A DNA stretch of 64,000 bases from Ascidiella aspersa (taxonomy: Eukaryota): contig OZ004612.1 in assembly GCA_963924565.1 (NCBI GenBank), positions 12,338,001 through 12,402,000 of the forward strand, in the 5' to 3' direction. How positions within the stretch are numbered: position 1 is the stretch's first letter; each line of letters starts with the position of its first letter. This document shows, piece after piece, positions 28,592-42,700 of this stretch. The notes below the pieces were generated by a model that saw nothing but the letters and a program-made list of their open reading frames with translations, was not told where the DNA came from and searched no databases. Position numbers and translations under genes: made by a program.

Positions 28592-31500
28592 TTCTAAACA
28601 CAAGCATATTTGTAGTATCTTTAAATCACAAACAAAACGAGCTAATACGCCGACGAAGAGAGTCTCCAGACAACGGGAGCTTTATTGTGGATTAGGTTTT
28701 GTCAGCAAAGCTGGTTTAAGAAGAATTTGCTACACAGCCACGATAGCAACAACACCGAAAGTCGATTTGTACTGCCTCTGCTTTGCTTTATCTCTCCGTC
28801 GGGGCGGCGCCTTCAATTAAAGACGCGGTCAAAGGCACAAGAAGGCGCCGAAATTCTGCTGAAACAGCGCGGAACCGTCATTATCCGATTCAAGATTAAA
28901 CCCTAAGAATGTATACAAAGGTGATAAAAGAAAATATGGTGTGCGTAGTTGTCCTGCTATCTTTTCAGAAATTTAAATTTGAACGGTACGTGGGTGGCTT
29001 CCGAGAAACTATCAGGGCAAAGTCCTGGCGACGAGAGCGACGGCGCCGACGAAAGCGTTTTAAGGACAAAAACAACTCCGTAACCTTTATTACGTGAAAT
29101 AGTGGCACACATTTAAAGCTTGGCTCATCCACATTACCAAGATTTTGCGAAACGGTGATAGGTCATTTTAACGGTGTTAAACGAAAAATGCAGAGTTCGA
29201 CAAAACTTCTAAGATTGAATTCGACAACATATAGTTAAACAACGAACCAAAGTTAAAGCCAGTGAAAATTAAGTAGCCTTGCACAAGGAACAAAATAATT
29301 GAGAATATTCCTGAAAAAGTCCAGAAAAATCGGTACACGTTTACAGAATACAATGTTCAGCGACAAATCAACGAACGAAAATACCTGTCTCCGATTAGGC
29401 TGGCAATTAAGCATGGAACCCATGGGCAGCTCGACGAAGGAAGGCTATCATTACCTGCCTTGCTTACAACTTAATCCGATTCGAATCTAACTAACATTTG
29501 TCGCGTCTTCGAAATAAAGAAGAAAAAGGCGACCTGCGTAGAACGTGATGGACTCCGGAATATCACAATCACAGCAGTGGTTTTACACCTGGCAAAACGC
29601 GCGGCGGGGCATGAGCCAATTGGCGGGTGTTGATAAAGTACCGTTGATTTTTTTCTCACGTACCTGCCTCTGTTAAACGTAAGGCAGCAACACGTGTACC
29701 AATGACGTCTAAATTTTTTTTTCTTGAAAAGTTTAAAATCTTTAAAGCTCCTATTTGTCCGGGTAAATTGTGAAATATATACTTAGAAGTCATTAGATGG
29801 CAAAAATTCAACTTGGATAACGTGAAAGCTGACGCAATGGGCAAAAGTTTCACTAAAGGTGACGTATGTGGCCACATCAAATTTTAAATTCGACCAAAAA
29901 AGAAAGAAGCAATGTTTATCCAAGCTTAAAGCGCAGATTCTATCTTGAAAGAAAGATGTTTTTTCAGGACTCAAAAAGTTAGTTTTAAAGTCTTTGCGAA
30001 GGGTTTTTAATATCGAGAAGATAGAAAAGGGCCCAAAAGCGTGACAGAAAAACGCAGCCTATGGCGCTTTTCGAAGCAGTCATGTAGCAGCAGCGCCCAT
30101 CCCACTGCTGCATTTACACCAGACTTTTCGGCGCTATCGTCAAGGCTTTTTTCTTGCTCACGGACTAAAACTCCACAACAAACACGCCACGTTGCATGCC
30201 CTTCCCGATTCCTGCAAATCCCGAAACGGGCTCGGCATCGCCAAGAACACGGCCTATGCACGGAACTGGCGTCATTTTAACCGTAACGGGGAAGCAATTT
30301 CAAGTCGATTGGCAGGAAACGTAATGTCTGTACGGTTCTTGTACCTCAGATTTCCGCTAAACGTCGTCGCCAACGTGTCAATTAACAAGTTCGAGTCGGC
30401 AGCAGTAGGCTTAAAGTCGGTACCCGTTTTCAAGTGGAAGTATTGGTGCTCGTCTGATATCAAGATGGTATCGGTGCCGATCAGATACCAAAAATATAAA
30501 GAAATTTCAGCGATGCTTTGCAATCTAACGCAGCGATTTTGCCTTGCAGGGTAAATTGATAAAAAAATATAGTATAGGTTAAAAACCGGAGGTAACTAAT
30601 CTTCTTAAATCCAAAGCATATTTTGACCTGAAAAAACAACTTTTGTTCGGCCATGTAGTGATGTCATTTGCTATCGGGCCGGATCGCGATACTTTTAGTT
30701 CAAAATATCGAATATCGATATCAAAATAAAATGTCAAGTATCGGACATCCCTTGCAAGAAGTAATAACAGTTTCGCACGAAATCACCTGATTACCCGTAT
30801 TACGTTGAAATTCTTTTTTTCCGATACGCGAAACACCAATTTCTCGTTAAAATCCAATTTCCAGCGACAGCCCTGTGATACGGTCACTTATCCGATTCCG
30901 CATTTTTATTTTACGTTTTATTCCAGTTCTTTTTTATCGTATTAAAGGAACGGCGAACGTTTTTCAAGTTTTTTCATAATGCTGCTAAATTTGAATGATA
31001 GTTTATTTACTTGTGTCCTACAGTGGAACAAATTCAATCCAATAGTTATTTAAAACCGGTACATCATTATGACTAAACATGACTTTTATATGAAACTAAT
31101 CGTGAAAGAACAAAACCTACCACATCACAATAAATAAATTTGCATGTTCGCACAGGTTATGGCTTGCACATGCCCTTATTAAACATCTCATTATAAAGAG
31201 CACGGCCCATCTAAAGGAGTGCGACCCAGCGACCGAGAAGCGCTGGTTTATGTAAAAGTCACAACAAACGCTCGACGATTGGCGCGGAAATCACCAGGTT
31301 GGTTTATAAGGGAACCAGCATGGGTATAGCACGCGACATCAGATCACATAGAGCGCTCAATCAGGTTCATTGTTCGCGAAAGGCTTAAGTCCCGTTTGTC
31401 TACCAAATGTAAAAAAGATAAACTAAATGTAAAACAACAAACGGTAGAAATCGCGCGCGGCGTAATTAGACCGAACGTATACGCACGTAAGAGCTTTGCG

Positions 31501-33787
31501 TTCCGCGTCAATCGCATGTCATGCCCCGAAAAATCATACACTGGCCGCAGTCAGCAAACACATGTCCAGACATAGGTTGAAAAAAGCTCGGATCAGTTGT
31601 GCGCAAGCAGTTTGCCTTGCAGACCACATTACAATACGGGGAATATGGACGCCATGACGGCTCAATAAAAAGACGAGGTCATAGACCTGGCCGTTTTAAG
31701 GTCGAAAATCGGCTCAGGCTTGTTTATCCGGCCGCAACACGATCTTTCGGCATTACGGCGAGCTCCGGCTCCGCAGTTTGGCAGTGACAAATGCTCGCGA
31801 AACGCTTGTAAGTGGATTATTATGAGTGCGTCGCATTTTGCAGGAGAGGTGTGCGTCGGAAACAGACTAGTTCTGCCGATCACTTGCGTTAACTTTCCTT
31901 ATTGGATCGCCAAAAGCGCCGTCCGACCTCATATAGGGCGGAGTACGCGGGTGCGGTGCCCTGTTGTGTCCACAATAATTGTTATGGGCACATTGCATAA
32001 CGCGTTGTGTTTGTTTCGTGCAGATTATCACGCCACTTCACTTTCGCGGCCAAATAATTGCGTCGTTCGTAAGACCTAACTTTGCTCGGGAAGTACTAGG
32101 TGTGGGATTGAGCGCCTGTTGCATAACGTAATTCGATTAGAACACTTATGACATGCACAGAACGTTTTATGTTCCGCGTTAAGTTTTGAGGTACACGTAC
32201 ACGTTTTTTACAATTGTTTGGACGTATAATCGTGCCGTGTTTCAATGCGAACCAATTTTCAAACTGTGGTTCACGGTCACGGAGATGCTACTCAAGCGGA
32301 TCAATATCACTCGATGTGCAATTTCGTATAATTGCAAAGCAAAAAATCGCTGAAGAATAAAATCTAGGTTCATCTGGGCAGAAAGTTGTAGCACAACGTT
32401 ATAATTTCCTTGGGTGAACCTACTAGCCACATTTTTTCAAATATTTGTTCTAAAAATGTCGTATCATTTGTGTTAAAATAATTATTTATTCCACTATGAC
32501 GACAAATTATAGCGCATAAGAAGAACAGCTCAAAAAATAAAACAAATTTCAAAATCCCGAAGGCGCATTTTTGAGGCACAAATCAAATTGATATTGGGTC
32601 AAAGCGGAACAAAATTGTCGCCAGGAAGAAAGGCATTTGCATGAACAGTCAATTAGGCCGCTGGCCAGAGTCTCCTGGACAGGATGCAGATAGAAGTGCG
32701 CATGGGGGGAATTTCCTAGGCAAACGTGATTACCAACAAAACGTCGTGTACATCAGGGGCACAACCTGTCTACTCGAGCCTTGCATAACCACGAACTGAT
32801 GGCCAACTGCGAACCCAGAATGCGAGGGTCAAAGTTCATCGCTTTCACGGAAACGAAGCAAAGTATCAGCGACAAACAAAACATGCAAAGGCGAGCGCGG
32901 TTAAAGCCCGAAAATCGGATCGTGACCCTTTTCATGGGACCCGCGTGCGGTCGACCCATTAGCGAGACGTATAGTATGGAACACTGCTCCAAAAAGTGCG
33001 AGTGTCCGCCAAATTGCGGCACGAATATACAGGCCACGTATCATTTATGAATAATAAATTAGCCTAAGGTCTGTTTTCCAAAGGACCTCGCCAACAAACC
33101 ACAGGGTTTTAAATAGATTGCAATTGTGGAACATTTAGTAGTCTAAGTTGCCATGTAAAATGACCTGGTACACTAGAAATGCAAAGCTCAATCCCTATTA
33201 ATTAGTGATTGTTTGTTTTAGTTGTTTTTTTATCGCTCAACTATCGTCGACAAACAACAAAACTTAAAATTCCTATAAAAGTCCAGTCCAAATACAAAAT
33301 TCACAAAATTGGCAAAAGTACACCGAAAGGCTTCGGAAGTCCAATATCACAGTGTTTATGCGCGTATGTGTATATGTATCTTAGAAAAAATATTTCTAAT
33401 TGAAAATAGGTTTTCCGCTATCACTTTTAACATTTATTTAATTTTTGTAAGAAAAGTTCCTACTAAACAACATTAATCTTTGCAATTCACTCCATTTTTC
33501 ACAGGAATTAGTTTTCTTCAGTTTTACTCTCACTTTAACCATGTAAGTTTTTTTATATTTTGATGCTGAACTATGAGACATCACATTCATTGTTAAATAA
33601 GACAGTTAAACTATGTAATTCCACGCATATTAAGCTAGATGACTATATCTTCTTTTAATGAATTAAAACTATATAGCACAAATCTGCATGCCTCCAACCT
33701 TCTTCAAACTATATGAAGATAATTTTGTTTGTTTCAAGGCGAACAAAATGTTACCTTCCCCTAACTCTCCCGATTTAAATCACTTAC

Positions 33788-36700
33788 CGGGCTGCCAGAT
33801 CTTAAGTTGCTGGGTAAGGTCGACCGGGTTCGTGGGTACATTGATGTCGCCAATCCCACTGATGACAGGCAGTCCCACGTCATAGCCGGGATTCCCGGAT
33901 CTCTTAACCCCTTGCTGGGTGAAGTACTGGGACTCCACCGCGAACGATTGGGTAAGTAAGTTGTTGGGTGGGATACCTATATGGCGAAAAGAAGGTATTC
34001 AAATGCATTTTCGTAGGTGTTTGGACATTTTTTTTTCTGGATCTAAAAATTTGACGCAAAAGTAATTGTTACGAATTCGCATATAACCTCTATACTCTAA
34101 AAATGTTCCGTTTTCACAACAAATTTAGTTGTCTATGTTGTTTATATTCGTTTTGAATTGTGGTAATCCAAATTTGGAAACATAAATATCAAATGCAAAC
34201 ATAATTGCTCTATTAGCAAGTCAAAGAGTAAATTACATGAATTGCAACAATACTCTGCCATTTATATATATATAATGTCCAGTGAATGTTATGCAATGAA
34301 CGAAAAACAAAGCGACAATTTGTACAATTTTAATATAAGTCGGTTATTCGTCCGCTAAATTAATATAAAAGTCGTGCTCTTCTAGTTGTTCTAGGCTTTA
34401 TAAATTTGTATGGAAATAATCGGGATTTTAATGTATTTTTTGGATCTCACCAGGCGTCTCAACAGCGCCCGTCAGCGGAACGTCGGCGACCACCACTCGC
34501 ACGTCCAGGTTGGTGACGAGGTTGCTTTCCCACGTCATCACGTACGTCACACTGGCGACAGCGTTGGAACAGTTGGAGCCGGAGATCGTCGGCGTGGGCG
34601 GTTTCGCTATAAGTTGGTCGATTGATGCTGCAAATAGAAGAAAGACAAATGTCAACATTTAAAACTAGATAGTAGTATAGGGCTAAAATCTATTATACCA
34701 TGACGTCACATTTTGTTTACATTTCCAGCTCTCAAGTAAATGTCCCGCTAAAACAGAATCTACATACCGACCCCCTTCATGTCTGAAAATTAAAAGCCTC
34801 TACGATTTATAGTTTTTCTGTAAACTCTCGACAAAAAAACGGACTGAAACAAACCAAAAAACAATCTATAACATAATTTAAAACCAAAAACAACTTTGTC
34901 TTAAAATCATCAGTACAATTCATAAAAATACGAGTACGGTCACGATTGCATCAGGCGTAATAGTTTAGAAAATAATGTTTAGTAAAATGTGAAATGCATT
35001 CGGTTCTGCTGCGAATTGCGCCAAAACGTGCAGTTTTCGTCAAAAATACAAGATTGTTTTAATTTTAATACTACCTAAGTCTGAAAACAATGTTGCAGTT
35101 TTGCACTGGGTAAATTGACACGTTCTCATTTCGTCTCGAATCGAAATTCGGATAAAATATTCACCACTCGAAACGCGAAACCGTAATTGCAAAATTAAAC
35201 CGCTCTTAAGCAGTGAAACACAAACGCGATTTCACATAAACAACGTAAACGGCCTAAATTGAGTTAAAAAGCGACACACGGGGAGCCAAGGCGAAAAACG
35301 GGAAAGCGCATTCCAGAAAAGCAATCAGAGCGCATACCACCTGTGTCACGTGATTTTACACGAGGATTTTTTTCTCCCGACGCCATCGCCGGGATTTTAC
35401 TTTTACTTGCCTGCACTGATCTGACACAGAGTCTCGCGTAGACTTGTCTTTTATTTTTGCATCGAATCGTTTTGCTGTGCGCCGAAAACGAGTTTTACTG
35501 CTCAAACCTGAAGTGGAAACGTTTTATTCCTGGTCCGTTGCTGATCTATAGTTTATTGTTGCTTTTTGCCAACCTGGAAGACCTTTTTGCTCGCTGACGA
35601 TTTTAAGGCAATTTTTTAAAAAAGTTTTATTCTTTACCGCACGCGTCTTAATTTCAAGGAAGAAAGGCTATCTGTGCTAAGGTAAGGCTGCTGAAGCAGT
35701 ATTTAACGGACCAAGGCTTTGTAAACAGTGGGTAGAATGTTTAATATATTTTTTTACGTTATAAATATTTTAATTCCGGCGTGTAAGCAAACTTTTAGGG
35801 CAGCTTTTTGAAAACAATTGCCGTGGTTAGATAAAAAACCTGTGCACATAACTCAAAAAAGCCTTTTTAATGATTTCGTTTGGGTTAGGCATAATTCCTA
35901 CATATACAAACTCTGTTTTTTTGCCAACTTTAACATTAAAACTGCAAAAATTTTCAGCGCGAATCTTCTAATTCCCTTTGAAAAAATACACGGTATCACC
36001 GCCCAATTAAATTAACTTGTAGATAAACGATAAAAGCTATCGCCCTTTCGCGGACTATTTTTCAACCATATTTTATATTTGATAACAGGCTATAGCAACA
36101 GGGGGAGTCGAACTTTTTTGCGCGAAACTATATTGTTTTTTGCAATATTGCCGTTGTATTGTGTGTCGTTACATCTTTTGAAACACGATAACGCAATGTT
36201 TAATATTTGCGCTTGACATTTTTTGCGCTCGACATCGTGACAACTCTTACAACTGCGGAATAAATGCCTTCGCAACACGTTTATCAAAATCAAACGCCTC
36301 TTCGGTTGCAGTTTAGCCAATTCGACCAAATAAAACTCAATTTTTGCGCGACCAACAACACCCTTCACTATATTCCTGTTTTCTCGGTGATATTTAATTG
36401 CAAAATGTCGAAATATTTTCATAGGGGGGGCGCAAGGCATGAGAAAATTAAGGGGGGGCGCGGCTGAAAAAAGGTTAAGAACCACTGGTTTAAACTAACA
36501 TGTTTTGTTAAATGCCCATATTTATAAAAACTTTACTAATTTATTACTATGATATTTTTAGGTGTCGACAGATGGCGATCGAAAGCCGTTTTCGGACTCG
36601 CGGCGGTTACAGTCACGTGACCCCGTACAGCCGGCAGCAGTCGAATAACGGCCGCGTGGTGTCGCACAAGCCACCGGCGCCAAGGGTCGGCGTCGGGCGC

Positions 36701-39700
36701 CAGGCACCCACTGTCTCGTACGCCTACGTGGCGGCGCAAAGGGGCCAGTCGCTAAAGGCGTCGGGAAACCACCCTTGCCCGCCCCAGACAAACTTGGGGG
36801 CGCCCCCGATGATGCCCCCGTGCTCACAGGTCCAGGGTATTCAGGTTCGTAGGCTTGGTGTTTGTTTAATGAGAGCAGAAACTCGTCCGATGAAAAGAGT
36901 CTCGTGCAAAACGAGTTCAATTAAATTAAGTACAGGGTTTGACACGGCTGCTTTCGCGATTTAAATAGACTATTTTTTACACAGCTGTTGCCAGTTTGAA
37001 TTTGCCAAATAATTCCTTTCATTGTTAAGTATAGTCACGGGATTACAAGGCCGACTGCAGAGTAAGTTGTTCGGTCGTAATGCATGCACTGTACAAGTAT
37101 ATTCGGAGTGCTTTCGAAATTAACTTTTTCAAAAACTAGCATTTTATCGTTATATTATGAATAAAGAACGTTTTTGAAAGTTATACCGTCGCGCTCATAA
37201 CCAAAAAGTCCTTTTTTACTGATTTTCAAAGTTTTTGCTTCAGTGCTCCTTGTTGCCATCTCCATGCATCAGTCATTTGTTTGCACAAGCTCATGAAAAA
37301 TGACCTAAAAATGATCCAAGTACTTTTTCTGTGGATGGTGATGGTAACAAGAAGTGACTGAATCAAAAACTTTGAAAATCATTAAAAAATGACTTAGGCA
37401 ATTTGGTTATGAGCGTGACGATACTTAACGTGCGCGAATTTTTTCTAATAATGGTTCCGGTCCAAAAACGGATAAGTACCCCGAATTTAGGTACCATAAA
37501 AATGCATGAAATAAGTGAGCGAGTGTATGATTTTGTATCCTGCATTTCGTACGTCGTTTATGTTGTTTTTGAGCTCGTGAAACTTAAAATCGAAACTGAC
37601 CAAACTTTGGTGCGCAGGCCGCTTGTGCGCCAATGACGCAGTTTAACGCCGGCGCCAACTTGACCTTCGTTGCCATGCCAATGACCCTGCCCCCTCCCAT
37701 CTGCAACCAGGCCGGGCTGCCACAGTTCGGACGGCTTTACGAGGAATTCGACAGGATGAAGGTGAGTAAAACCAGTTTGCATTAAGGCAGTGGCCGGAAA
37801 TTTTTATTTATCGCAGCTAAAAATGATCTTTCAAGATCTTTTGAAGGCCCTTACGTGAAACGAATGACGTAACAAAATTACGCCATAAAACCATTAAAAT
37901 TAAAAAAAATCTTGGGTGCAGTGCGAAAAGTTTAGTCTTGTTTAATTAAAATTTACCATTGTAGCGTTTAAATTTACATAACAAAACTCAAAATATTAAA
38001 AAAATCACCCGCGGCCCACTAAAATTGCCAAAGGCCCAGATTTGGGCCTCATCCCATTTTAATATTACTAAGGTAATACAGTTATATCCAAATTAGGCAC
38101 CTAACATGCCATACGTTTGTACTTGGTAATAGAACACGCATATTTTAAATAGTTTCTCAATCTTTCAAATAAGCTTTCACCACTTAACAGTTAAAGAGCA
38201 AGAAAGTTATGCATTTCGCCAAATAGACTAAGATTTATCAAAATGTGTCTTAAATGTTTTCCAGAACAGGGGTTGATTGTTTTTCTAGAACTATGCATTA
38301 CAACACCGCGTGCAAACAATTTGCAAACGATTTATTCTTAATCTTGTACACAGAGAAACGGCTTCGTGGTTCAACCGCGGCCACTCCAAACCCCGACACC
38401 TCCACTGCCCCCGCCCGCCACAACAATGGCCCCACCTGCACAATCAGCAGCACCAGTAGCGGGCGCAGAATTCGTAGCCCCAAGGCCGCTGTCTAGGGTC
38501 CCGAGCCCGGTTCCGCCCCCTATGGGGCAACCTCAACAACAGGGGCAGGGGCAGGGGGTTTTCCCGGCCGGCGAGGGTGTGTTCACGACGGCGATGAAGC
38601 TGTTTATGCATTCCTATATGCCAACCGCCTGTTTCGACTGCACGGTGCCGGTCGACGACTGGGGTAGAGAGGCGCAGGCCCTCATCGCCGAAGTCATGAC
38701 GGTCGGATGCGCGGGACGCGGTCAGCCTGCCAGGTTAGTTTTAAATCAGTGTTTGTCAACCTATATAGATTGCGATTGAAAAAATGATTTCTTTCCAATC
38801 CGTGCGGAGGAAAATTTTGCTTATATAAAAAATTCGACCTTATTTCTGCTAATGACAAACTGACTGTAAAATATCGAGATATCCTTACACGTAAATGACG
38901 ACGATGACTTCAAATGGAAGCAAATATTCTTTAGACTTTCCGGTCTTAGTCAAATTCGGTCATTAATAATTTATAGCTATTTAAAAAACAAGACAAAAAC
39001 GCTTTTGTGGCGAAATATTTATTTACGCTAATTTCTTCTGGTTTCGTTCGCTTACAAAAAGCTTCGGTTTAAACCTTAGTTTTTCAGTCGTGCCAAGGTG
39101 GAGAAAAACAATTAGGATTTTCAGGTCGGCTCTTCAAAAAGCGCCCGTTTTTTAACGCTGTTTTGGTCGGTCTGCTTTAGAACCAAGGCGGTGACTAGAT
39201 TTTGCTTTCGTCGAACTTTAGGCCAGTGTTTCTTAAACAGGTGAATGGTTCACCCCAGGGTGAATAAAATGTTGCAGGGGTGAATAAGGGTAAACCGTAA
39301 GAAATGGATCATAGCTTTTGCAGTAAATCGAAGTCATTTTATGCTGCTATATATATAGACGAGATAGTTTCATCACATCATGAGACAAGGGTGAATGAAA
39401 TCTGGAGATAGATGCTAGGGGTGAACAAAACTAAAAGTTTAAGAAGCATTACTTTAGGCGTTGAATAAAGTATTCAAGATCGGAAGGCCACGCGAGATAG
39501 AATACAGAGGTCCAGTGGTATATCCACCCTTTTTAACTTAACGACGCTCTATGGAAAAGTAAAAATTTATCGGCATACATGACCATAAGAAACCGCACCC
39601 CAGGAAACCACCGGCATAATACATGCCCAGGAAAAAAAACAACACATGGGACATGGGTGTAAGCAGTCCTAGCGGTCACTAAAGCTAGACCTCTAGAAAC

Positions 39701-42700
39701 AAAATGGGTGCGTGGATCTCCATATATTTTTGGCTTCTTGGAGTTTGACATTTAGGGCGCGATCACGACCGGCGGGACGAGTCCAAAATAGACCGTTTAC
39801 GACTGCGAGGACTTGTTTTTCACAATTACGCACATTCCGCCTGGAAATGTCACCACGTGTCCCAGTGGGAAGCCGGAACCACAAGCACGCCGTAAGCGAT
39901 TTGTGTCGTCGCTTCACGACGTTTGCAAAAAACGTAAATTTCAAAGAGAATTTTCCTCATGAAATGTCAGCGTAACAAAGGTTTTTTTCAAACTGATCTG
40001 ATTTGTATTGCTGTTTGTCTGGTTTCCCATTTTTTCCCTCTTGAACCGTTTCACTTCGGCTCGCACTTTATTAAATGGAATGGCAGGAAACTCGGTCAAA
40101 AAATAAGATAGTTAAGTCCGGAAAATCGGCAATGGTGTTAGATGCAGAAAATGATAAAATCATGTGTTTGGTAGTATGTTTAGTTCACATTGAACGATCG
40201 TTTATAACAAACGCGCCAATATAATACCCCTGGAAAAGTTGGAATAAGAGAACCGTACAAAATGCCTTTATTTCAACGAGCTTTTCAAAACCGTTACCGC
40301 AGGACGCACAAAAGCTCCTGGCCGGAATCTGGCAGCCGGAACGCGTCATCCGACTATGACGTCACAAACAGTAGCTCGTCGTCAGGGCCCAGCCCGGACA
40401 AGGGGGTGGCCCCTGGGTGGCTGGGGGACCCCCTGCAGAGGATGGACATCCACCGGCACATTCTGGAGATTAAGCCGTCGCCCTACCCCGGTGGAAGCCC
40501 CTTATCTGTTCCGTCGTTGGCGAGCGGCCATAGCAGCGACAATGACGCCGATGACGAATCCGCCGCGTCATGCAACAGGTGGGTGACGTCATTAGGTCGC
40601 ATTGTTTTGTAGCGAGAAATAGATCTACCAGTCAAGCATTAAGCTTTAGTGATTTTTTTGACGAAAAGCGGTATTAGCTGTAATAGTGTACGCCAGAATC
40701 ATTGCTTATTTTATTATATGGGCCGAAAATTAATATTCGAGACAACATGTTTTTCCCGTTATTCTTATTTGGTTTGCTATGCCAGAGAAGCGTTTAACTT
40801 TATTTTTTGTGGCAAAAAGCGGTATTAGCTGTACTAATTGTACGTCAAAATGGTTGTCCACAATTTTAACTCCCAAAAATATTTAAACGAGGTAACGTAA
40901 CTTATTTTTTAACCTTTGTCAATTTTTTAATTTTCTACATTATAAAAAACAATCCACATTTTAATTACACAATAAGTTTTTACAGCAACGGTGTGCAAAA
41001 CTTAGGACCAGCTTATATGGTTCATATACGACTCAAATGGTTTGTACAAACAATCTTTATCTATTCACAGCAGCCCCGCCTCTCTGGCGCCGCGCGTGTC
41101 CGGCAACAGCACGGTGCGACGACCCTCGTACAAGAAAAAGCACGACTCGGCACGCGTCCGCCTCTCAATGGACTCCGGCTACCAGTCGTCTTCCACCGAC
41201 GGGGGCAGCTCGTGCCACGGTGGGTGATCACGTTTTATTCAAAGAAAACTAAATGTTCGAACATTAGTAAACTGACACGTATCTGCTTAAAAGGGTGTAA
41301 CGCTCTTGCGAGGAATGTAATTAACAGCAAACTAGCAGTGCGAATGGTGGATTTTTTTCTGGTTAAGTAAAGAAAAGTAATGGGTATGCTTTAAATCGAT
41401 TTTGGTTGCTTAAATTGATTATATGGTCGTTTTTTTCGCGAAAGTACAGTGCTTGACAAGTTTCTGTTTGAAAAGGTGTAACTAACTAACAGTAGCAGCG
41501 CGATTAACGAATGTTTTTTGGTTTTAGGCCGAAGTTTTTTTTCCATTAAAAGCGATATGTTTTTATCGTTTTTGTTTATACAAATTAAAAAAACATTATT
41601 TGCCGCTTCTATTCCGAACTTATACACTTTTAGATGGTTCAACACATTTGTTAGGAGTGCGCCCTAGAACAATTTAAATTACTGGATACTTTTTATTCCA
41701 AAAAAAAACACCAACGCTTTTTCTTGCGAGGGATGTAATTAACATCAAACTATTGCAGCGAGATTATTAGTTTTGGTGTAAACTTCGTAAAGCATTAACC
41801 ACGATCAATAAAGGTAAAATGTTCGAAGCAAACTGAAACGCCGTTTCTGTTAAATGTGGAAGGCTTTTTATCGCATTTGTTCGCAAAAATTAAAAAGCCA
41901 ATAACATACTCTTTCTGCTCCAATTCCGAACTTTATATAAACTTTTATATGGTTCAATACATTTGATTGACTTACCGAATACTTTTTAACTCTAAAAAAT
42001 CTAGTTTTAAGGCGGAATAGATTAGATTTCTATTTTACGGCCCACAACGACATTCCACACTAAATATGCCGCTTTTAACTAAAACCACGCCGCTCAACCC
42101 TAGCTGCATGTTCGGGATGTTTTAAAGGCAGCCAGGCGTCAGCATGCTGCTTAGACTCGGATGGCTTCTCGTCCGATATCGGCTCCTCCTGCGGCTCTTA
42201 CTCCTCATCCTCCTCTTCCCGACCGTCTTCCCCCACCAGAGGGCGCGACGAGCCGCAGTTTTTATCGCCTACCGAAGTGCCGCCGTACCTCAACGCCCTA
42301 CTGGAAGCCCCCTGGATCGAGAAAAAGGCCCCACGGAAAACCCTCCCGACCCCTACCCCACAACTGAAGGTCTCACACCCCGTTTCTGGCTTCGAAAAGC
42401 CCCAGGGGCAGCCCACCGCCGTCCCCGAGGGGGCGTACACGTACCACAAGCACAAGGAGTGGATTACCGACGAGATCCTGGAGATGATCGTTGTACGCGA
42501 TCGGCTCTACAAGCGCATGAAGAAACACCCGGCGCCCGACATTGTGGACATGTACAAAAAGGTAAGGAACGCCCCTCGGCCGCTTTTTGAATGTTTTAGG
42601 AGTCTTTGTTTAAATCTCAGCCGAGATGGGTGTTGTGAAAATTGAAAAATTACTTTGATTATATTAGAAACTGGTTTGATATTAACAAGAACGTGAGACG

